Virus record (IMG/VR): IMGVR_UViG_3300023296_001674 | Direction: 5' to 3' (one strand) | DNA length: 25,260 bases | Source: a virus | Shown: piece by piece, positions 20,807 to 25,260 of the stretch | Layout: the number at the start of each line of letters is the position of its first letter | How positions within the stretch are numbered: position 1 is the first letter of the stretch | Notes under the pieces: generated by a model | Databases searched by the model: none | What the model was told of the DNA's origin: nothing | What the model saw: the letters and a program-made list of their open reading frames with translations, nothing else | Translations under genes and position numbers: made by a program

Positions 20807-21307
20807 ATGATCAGATTTTTTGATTACGAAGCAAGTGGATTGGACGCCGAGTCTTATCCTATTCAAGTTGCTTGGTGTGATGTGAATGGTGTTGGCGAAT
20901 CGCATTACATTATACCAAAAGATGAATGGACATATTGGGATTTTCACGCACAACGAGATGTGCATCATATTTCCAGAAGTATGCTTTATGAACAAGGAAA
21001 GCCAGTTGAAATAATCATTGAATTAATGGAAAAGGCATTGATGTGCCGTGATGTATATTGCGATGGTGGTCACTTAGATGAACATTGGCATGAACAGTTA
21101 TATGGTGATAACACCCCAACATTTTGGCTGAATGATTATTTTGCTTTTTTATATGATGTTGTAGACCCATTTAACAGAAAACCTAAATTACCGCATTTCT
21201 ATACAGAAGTGCGTGCCGCTGCTAGATTAGAATGTCCACCTACGCATGATGCCTTGGCTGATTGCCAATTTCTTGCTACTGGATATAGATTAGCAAAAGC
21301 GTTATAA
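20807..21307 (+). CDS. DEDDh-family 3'-5' exonuclease (DnaQ/RNase T-like)
   Basis: Exo motif I FFDYEASGL (D-x-E) and Exo III HDALADCQF (H-x4-D); 166 aa. Confidence 0.65.
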   Translation: MIRFFDYEASGLDAESYPIQVAWCDVNGVGESHYIIPKDEWTYWDFHAQRDVHHISRSMLYEQGKPVEIIIELMEKALMCRDVYCDGGHLDEHWHEQLYGDNTPTFWLNDYFAFLYDVVDPFNRKPKLPHFYTEVRAAARLECPPTHDALADCQFLATGYRLAKAL

Positions 21308-21310
21308 CAA

Positions 21311-21383
21311 TGCCTCCGCCGCTGGGTCGGAGTTGGGACTTCTAATCCCAAACTGGATGAGTTCGATTCTCTCCGGGGGCACC
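21311..21383 (+). tRNA. tRNA-Arg (anticodon UCU) with the atypical Arg-family D architecture; CCA encoded
   Basis: Acceptor GCCTCCG/CGGGGGC; hairpin CCG-CTGGGT-CGG; anticodon stem TGGGA/TCCCA perfect, loop CTTCTAA; T stem only 3 bp. Confidence 0.65.
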
Positions 21384-21391
21384 AATATTTC

Positions 21392-21420
21392 CTTGACATT
21401 ATGATACAATTATGATACAT
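21392..21420 (+). promoter_or_regulatory. sigma70-like promoter with a direct repeat (TTATGATACA x2) in the spacer/-10 region
   Basis: TTGACA 21392-21397; TTATGATACAATTATGATACATTTAT downstream. Confidence 0.45.
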
Positions 21421-21449
21421 TTATCCTTTAACAGCAAGGAGTTTGTTCA

Positions 21450-21689
21450 ATGTCTAAAAAAGCAAAAAGAGAAAACGCGGCAAAACTTATTGCTGAAAAA
21501 GTAACTGCTGCTGAAAATTTAATCAAAGACGCAGAAAAAATCGCAAATAAGTATGGTTTAAGTTTTCGCCACAGTGTTGCATATGGCATGGGTGGCGAAT
21601 ATGAAGGTGACAAAAATTTACGAACAGATCGTTGGGGCGACGCTGATCCAGCAGAAGATGGATGGAGTCCTAGTTCACATAGTTGTTAA
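21450..21689 (+). CDS. small acidic protein, tandem paralog 1 of 3 (C-terminal …DGWSPSSHSC)
   Basis: SD AAGGAG; shares VAYGMGGEYEGD and the C-terminal DGWSPSS motif with paralog 2. Confidence 0.55.
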   Translation: MSKKAKRENAAKLIAEKVTAAENLIKDAEKIANKYGLSFRHSVAYGMGGEYEGDKNLRTDRWGDADPAEDGWSPSSHSC

Positions 21690-21698
21690 GGAGATAAA

Positions 21699-21929
21699 AT
21701 GGCAGATAAAATGACAAACGAAGAAGCAGCAAAGGCGATTTCTGAAAAAGTTTCAGAAGCATATGCTGCTATCAATGCAGCAGAATCAATAGCCGATGAA
21801 TATAAATTGGACTTTAATTTTAGTGTCGCATATGGCATGGGTGGTTATTATAACGGCGATCCAGAAGACCGCGACGACGATGATGATGAAATGAATGATG
21901 GATGGAGTCCTAGTTCACAGGGCTGCTAA
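21699..21929 (+). CDS. small acidic protein, tandem paralog 2 of 3 (…PEDRDDDDDEMNDGWSPSSQGC)
   Basis: SD TAAGGAG; paralog of 21450. Confidence 0.55.
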   Translation: MADKMTNEEAAKAISEKVSEAYAAINAAESIADEYKLDFNFSVAYGMGGYYNGDPEDRDDDDDEMNDGWSPSSQGC

Positions 21930-21945
21930 CAAACGGGATTAAGCG

Positions 21946-22176
21946 ATGACTGAATTTACAATGGAACAAGCTGCGCATGTTATTGCGTTAAATGTCGAAA
22001 AGATTAACAAACTGGCACAAGAAACTAAAAATCTTGCTAATGAGCATGGATTAGAGTTTGAATTACAATTGGGTGATACTACTGATGCGCCCTTGCAGTT
22101 TGACGAGAATTGGGATTCTAGCGACTGTGGTTATGATGACCCACCGCATTGGGATTCATCCGACTGTGAGTATTGA
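21946..22176 (+). CDS. small acidic protein, tandem paralog 3 of 3 (repeated WDSSDC(G/E)Y C-terminal motif)
   Basis: Same length class and acidic C-terminus with duplicated W-D-S-S-D-C motif. Confidence 0.5.
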   Translation: MTEFTMEQAAHVIALNVEKINKLAQETKNLANEHGLEFELQLGDTTDAPLQFDENWDSSDCGYDDPPHWDSSDCEY

Positions 22177-22192
22177 TTGAAAGGACATCGTT

Positions 22193-23101
22193 ATGCTTTT
22201 TATTGGGTCTACTGCATTTAAACAACATCATAATTTACCGGGAATTTTACCGAAAGATATTGATGTTATGGGAACATACGAAGATGTTTCAAAGTATGTA
22301 AAAAGTCTTCATGGTGATCTGGTTGCTGCAAGACCATTTGCGGAAGGTAAGAAATATCTTTTCGTTAAGGCTGGTGATCATAAATCACCCGAAACAATTA
22401 TTGAAGCAGAGATTGCGTGGGAAGGATCGTTAGCAGAAGAATTTATCAAATTGATGGATGATACTGCTGGACATACACGATATGCTACATTGAATGGTTT
22501 ATATACCCTTAAGATGTCGCATCGATATTTGAGAAACTCGCCACATTTTTTAAAGACAATGCGTGATATTCATTTTATGAGAACACTGAAGGCTAGAATT
22601 CCAGATGAGTTGAAGGATTTTTACAAACGGCGAATGGCAGCAACGTATGATTATTCTCATCCTAATTTGAGTGTTACGAAAAAGACATTTTTTGATGGTG
22701 ATGGTATTGATTATAAATATGACCATGATTCAATCCATGAGACAGTTAAGATTGGTGAACATCCGGCTTATTGGTATTTTAAGCCAGATACAAGTGAAGT
22801 TGCGGTAAGCAAGGATTTGTTTGAAGCACTTGATTATGAATCACGAATCAATTCGGTTTTGGAAGAGGCGTATGTTCTTGCTATTGAACGTTCACAGGTT
22901 CCACATCCGGGTGTATTAACACGTAGAAAGAGTTTTGTTCTTGCATTAAATAAAGTATGCTCAAGCATTACTTCTGGATGGTGGAGAGAGTTCGCATGGG
23001 AGAATTATGATTCTGTGTATGAACGATATGACGATTCATATATGTATCGTTTTAACGCTGGAATAGATAGTGGATTGGTAAAACCATTCAATGAGGGATA
23101 G
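22193..23101 (+). CDS. hypothetical protein (302 aa), TAG stop
   Basis: SD AAAGGA upstream. Confidence 0.6.
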   Translation: MLFIGSTAFKQHHNLPGILPKDIDVMGTYEDVSKYVKSLHGDLVAARPFAEGKKYLFVKAGDHKSPETIIEAEIAWEGSLAEEFIKLMDDTAGHTRYATLNGLYTLKMSHRYLRNSPHFLKTMRDIHFMRTLKARIPDELKDFYKRRMAATYDYSHPNLSVTKKTFFDGDGIDYKYDHDSIHETVKIGEHPAYWYFKPDTSEVAVSKDLFEALDYESRINSVLEEAYVLAIERSQVPHPGVLTRRKSFVLALNKVCSSITSGWWREFAWENYDSVYERYDDSYMYRFNAGIDSGLVKPFNEG

Positions 23102-23103
23102 CA

Positions 23104-23352
23104 ATGATATATGTTTCTTTTTATAATTATTCATTGGATGCTTATGCAATAGTAGAAGCAGAAAACGTGGATATAGCAAAAGGCAAGTTTAAAAATTATT
23201 CTACCAGTGCTGATGGTTGGAGTAGTGGCGATGTGTTAAAATTTCCTAGAGTTAGCGTTCATGGAAATCTTTATACGATAGAAACTATTGAAGCATATAT
23301 ATCAGATACTCGTAGAAATTCAAAATCTATAGTTCTAATAAGGGATAAATAA
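23104..23352 (+). CDS. hypothetical protein (82 aa)
   Basis: SD GAGGGA upstream. Confidence 0.5.
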   Translation: MIYVSFYNYSLDAYAIVEAENVDIAKGKFKNYSTSADGWSSGDVLKFPRVSVHGNLYTIETIEAYISDTRRNSKSIVLIRDK

Positions 23353-23561
23353 TGAGAGATATAAATCGCATACCAGAAATTCTAGAGGCAATATATAATG
23401 CTTGGACTATTAATACTGAGTGTAGATTGGGACAAGTGCTTAATAATTCAATTCTTGGCAATCAGAGATTGGTTGATATTGAAGATGAGGAATTGCTTAA
23501 GGGGTTGAATGATTATTATGATAAATTAAATTTTAAGACGCATACAAAGGGTGACGTTTAG
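23352..23561 (+). CDS. hypothetical protein (69 aa), TAG stop
   Basis: ATGA-coupled start; SD AAGGGA. Confidence 0.5.
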   Translation: MRDINRIPEILEAIYNAWTINTECRLGQVLNNSILGNQRLVDIEDEELLKGLNDYYDKLNFKTHTKGDV

Positions 23562-23565
23562 GACG

Positions 23566-23712
23566 TTAGTCTGGGGGCAGTATAACTAGCACATCAGATA
23601 CCTGTATGTAAGGGTCATTTCAAGGAATGGCTGTTGACGCAGTATTCCGAAGAGAACGACGGTTGGTTGTAGGGCTGATACTGCCTGATGGGTTCGATTC
23701 CCGCTGTGTCAC
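23566..23712 (+). ncRNA. structured RNA with a tRNA-like T arm: long-range helix GGCAGTAT(23575-23582)/ATACTGCC(23677-23684) abutting TGGG-TTCGATT-CCCG
   Basis: Lies between CDS 23352-23561 and the HisRS-like gene; has no acceptor or CCA end, so it is not a standard tRNA. Confidence 0.3.
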
Positions 23713-23740
23713 TAATTAATGTAACAAAAGGAGAAAGACA

Positions 23741-24368
23741 ATGCTTAGAGGAACACGTTTGATGACTGGTGCGGAAGCATCTACATACACGAACACTGTT
23801 GACACACTACGGAGGTGTCTTCATCGATAATAATGTCGAAGAAGTTATAGTTCCGTCGTTATGGGAACAGCAGACATTTATTGATAAAGCAGGAAGTGAA
23901 ATTGTAAATCAGATGTGGGCATTTGAAGATAAGAAAAATCGCCCCGTATGTTTGATACCAGAAGTTACTGGTGTTATACAAGAAATGTGGCGCGATGATT
24001 GGAGTAAATCCAAACCAAAGCCATATTCTATTTTTTATGTGAATCGTTGTTATCGTTATGAACGACCACAGAAGGGTAGATATAGAGAATTCACACAAAT
24101 CGGATTAGAAATTCTTGGTGATACATCAGGGAATGATTACGATATGGCAATTAATTTATTGCAAAAGTGTCTCGATTGTTTTACTATAGATTATAAACTT
24201 ACAGAAACGGTACAACGCGGTTTGGCGTATTATGTTGATGATGGGTTTGAAGTCGAATGTGAGAAGTTGGGCGCACAGAAGCAAATTGCTGGTGGTGGTC
24301 GATACAATGAAGGTATTGGTTGGGCTATCGGCGTTGATAGATTAATATTGGGGATTGATGATGACTAG
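23741..24368 (+). CDS. miniaturised histidyl-tRNA-synthetase-like protein (class II motifs 2 and 3) requiring a +1 frameshift near 23804-23812, or a frameshifted pseudogene
   Basis: Frame A (ATG 23741, SD AAAGGAGAAAG) encodes MLRGTRLMTGAEASTYTNTVDTL (compare HisRS …[23 protein letters not shown]) and stops at 23828. Frame B (+1, open from 23769) encodes …YGGVF…MWAFEDKKNRPVCLIPEVTG…CYRYERPQKGRYREFTQIG…IAGGGRYNEGIGWAIGVDRL. No anticodon-binding domain. Confidence 0.55.
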
Positions 24369-24774
24369 TTTACACCTTATTACTTCACCGCGTGAATATG
24401 TGACAACTATGACACATAACTCGGATTATCTTCAGTCTTGCAAGACTAATAAACCATCATGGAAAAAAGCGGATCGTTCATTTCATACACTCGAAAATGG
24501 TGACAAATTATTTAATGTGTACTATGATAATGGTAAATTATGCGTGCAAAGATGGTATCAAAAAAGTGCTAAAATTGAATCTAATGATCTTCATCGATTG
24601 GATGGTCCAGCATATATATCTTATTATGAAAATGGCATGTATTATCGATCTTCGTGGTGGATCAATGGAAATTCTATTTCAGGCAAAGTGATGCGATCAT
24701 GGTTAAAAGAAAATAATATTTCTTCGCCATATTCAGATGAAGATCAAATGGCAATAATATTAAGGTGGGGATGA
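24355..24774 (+). CDS. hypothetical protein (139 aa) with repeated Gly/Tyr/Trp-rich motifs
   Basis: Start overlaps the upstream stop; TGA stop. Confidence 0.5.
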   Translation: MMMTSLHLITSPREYVTTMTHNSDYLQSCKTNKPSWKKADRSFHTLENGDKLFNVYYDNGKLCVQRWYQKSAKIESNDLHRLDGPAYISYYENGMYYRSSWWINGNSISGKVMRSWLKENNISSPYSDEDQMAIILRWG

Positions 24775-24962
24775 AAACTGATATATCATCAGATGATGAA
24801 AAAGAATTGATGTATTATATTAAAATGTATAGTCTTGGTTTTCATGGCGCAATTAATTTATTGCGATCTGATGGTATGTTAGAATATTTGGTTGATACTG
24901 AAACAGTTAAGTTAGATATTTTAACACACGCAATAGCGAAGAAAATACGTGATACTAAATAA
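24765..24962 (+). CDS. hypothetical protein (65 aa)
   Basis: SD GGTGGGG; overlaps the upstream gene by 10 nt. Confidence 0.45.
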   Translation: MGMKTDISSDDEKELMYYIKMYSLGFHGAINLLRSDGMLEYLVDTETVKLDILTHAIAKKIRDTK

Positions 24963-24966
24963 CAAT

Positions 24967-25043
24967 GGGCGATTAATCTGGCGAAAATAGGGGTAAAAGG
25001 TGAAGCTCCCCCTTCAGGCGGGTTCAATTCCACGCATCGTCCA
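24967..25043 (+). tRNA. tRNA-like element, no CCA; anticodon loop only 6 nt (CTCCCC); T stem with bulged A
   Basis: Acceptor GGGCGAT/ATCGTCC; stem TGAAG/CTTCA; T region GCGGG-TTCAATT-CC-A-CGC. Confidence 0.3.
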
Positions 25044-25055
25044 CAAATACCCTAT

Positions 25056-25128
25056 GGCTGGGGTGCTAGGAACACAGTTGTCCTTCATATGGATAATGCG
25101 CAGGGGGCGGAACCCTGACCAGCTACCA
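25056..25128 (+). tRNA. tRNA with anticodon CAU (Met/fMet or lysidine-Ile type), non-canonical T loop GGCGGAA; CCA encoded
   Basis: Acceptor GGCTGGG/ACCAGCT (6 bp); anticodon stem TGTCC/GGATA, loop TTCATAT; T stem CAGGG/CCCTG perfect. Confidence 0.55.
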
Positions 25129-25135
25129 ATACCAT

Positions 25136-25210
25136 GCTCTTGTAACATAATGGCTAATGTGAGCGTCTCATAAACGTTTGAAGAAGGTTCGATTCCTTCC
25201 TGGAGTACCA
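25136..25210 (+). tRNA. tRNA with anticodon CAU (Met/fMet or lysidine-Ile type), canonical arms; CCA encoded
   Basis: Acceptor GCTCTTG/CTGGAGT; D ACAT-AATGGCTA-ATGT; anticodon stem AGCGT/ACGTT, loop CTCATAA; T arm GAAGG-TTCGATT-CCTTC. Confidence 0.7.
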
Positions 25211-25219
25211 ATAAAAGAC

Positions 25220-25248
25220 TTGACATAACTTTCAAGTTTTGATATATT
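25220..25248 (+). promoter_or_regulatory. sigma70-type promoter TTGACA-N17-TATATT
   Basis: TTGACA 25220-25225; TATATT 25243-25248. Confidence 0.6.
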
Positions 25249-25260
25249 GTACATAGAAGA

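Noticed and set aside
23566-23712. tmRNA (ssrA) interpretation of the T-arm-containing structured RNA
   Set aside because: Only ~150 nt; no acceptor/CCA end pairing with the 5' end; no tag-peptide ORF or pseudoknots recognisable. Retained only as an uncharacterised structured leader.
23859-24098. Antisense ORFs inside annotated genes (for example 23859-24098, 18748-19059, 15749-16105, 14076-14297, 4053-4292)
   Set aside because: Fully embedded antisense to genes with recognisable conserved domains (HisRS-like, desaturase, HNH and others).

Overview
AT-rich, almost entirely plus-strand window that reads like the accessory/early region of a large virulent tailed phage (T4-, T5- or jumbo-phage-like), built around a giant tRNA gene array. 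I count about 30 reasonably canonical tRNA genes, most with an encoded CCA (about half of them cleanly resolved), plus roughly 15 aberrant, truncated or fragmentary tRNA-like elements between about 3.4 kb and 25.2 kb. They are arranged in runs separated by small protein genes. Seven sigma70-like promoters (TTGACA-N17-TATAAT), strong SD sites, and several rho-independent terminators are visible.

The array is highly redundant, with divergent paralogs for Lys, Val, Phe, Thr, Asp, Gly, Ile, Arg and Met, and it contains several anomalies:
- an apparent amber-suppressor tRNA (anticodon CUA);
- two class-II (long variable arm, G73) tRNAs carrying non-Leu/Ser/Tyr anticodons (GUU and CCA);
- a tRNA-Gly(UCC) split at the canonical 37/38 intron position by a ~98-nt structured insert;
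- CCA-less tRNAs with internal insertions.

Four paralogous HNH-type endonuclease genes with N-terminal zinc-finger-like motifs are interspersed in the array, two on each strand.

Other notable genes, all called from motifs and hand alignment only:
- thymidine kinase;
- a membrane fatty-acid desaturase (three His boxes);
- a CX5R Cys-phosphatase;
- a DEDDh 3'-5' exonuclease;
- a ribosomal protein bL12 C-terminal-domain homolog;
- a PilZ-like protein;
- a PP-loop (asparagine-synthetase-like) ATPase;
- a sulfotransferase-like protein;
- tandem arrays of small acidic paralogs;
- a miniaturised histidyl-tRNA-synthetase-like gene that needs a +1 frameshift and is preceded by a tRNA-like structured RNA.

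Taken together this looks like a translation-remodelling module. All tRNA anticodon calls are hand-folded and should be re-checked with tRNAscan-SE/ARAGORN.
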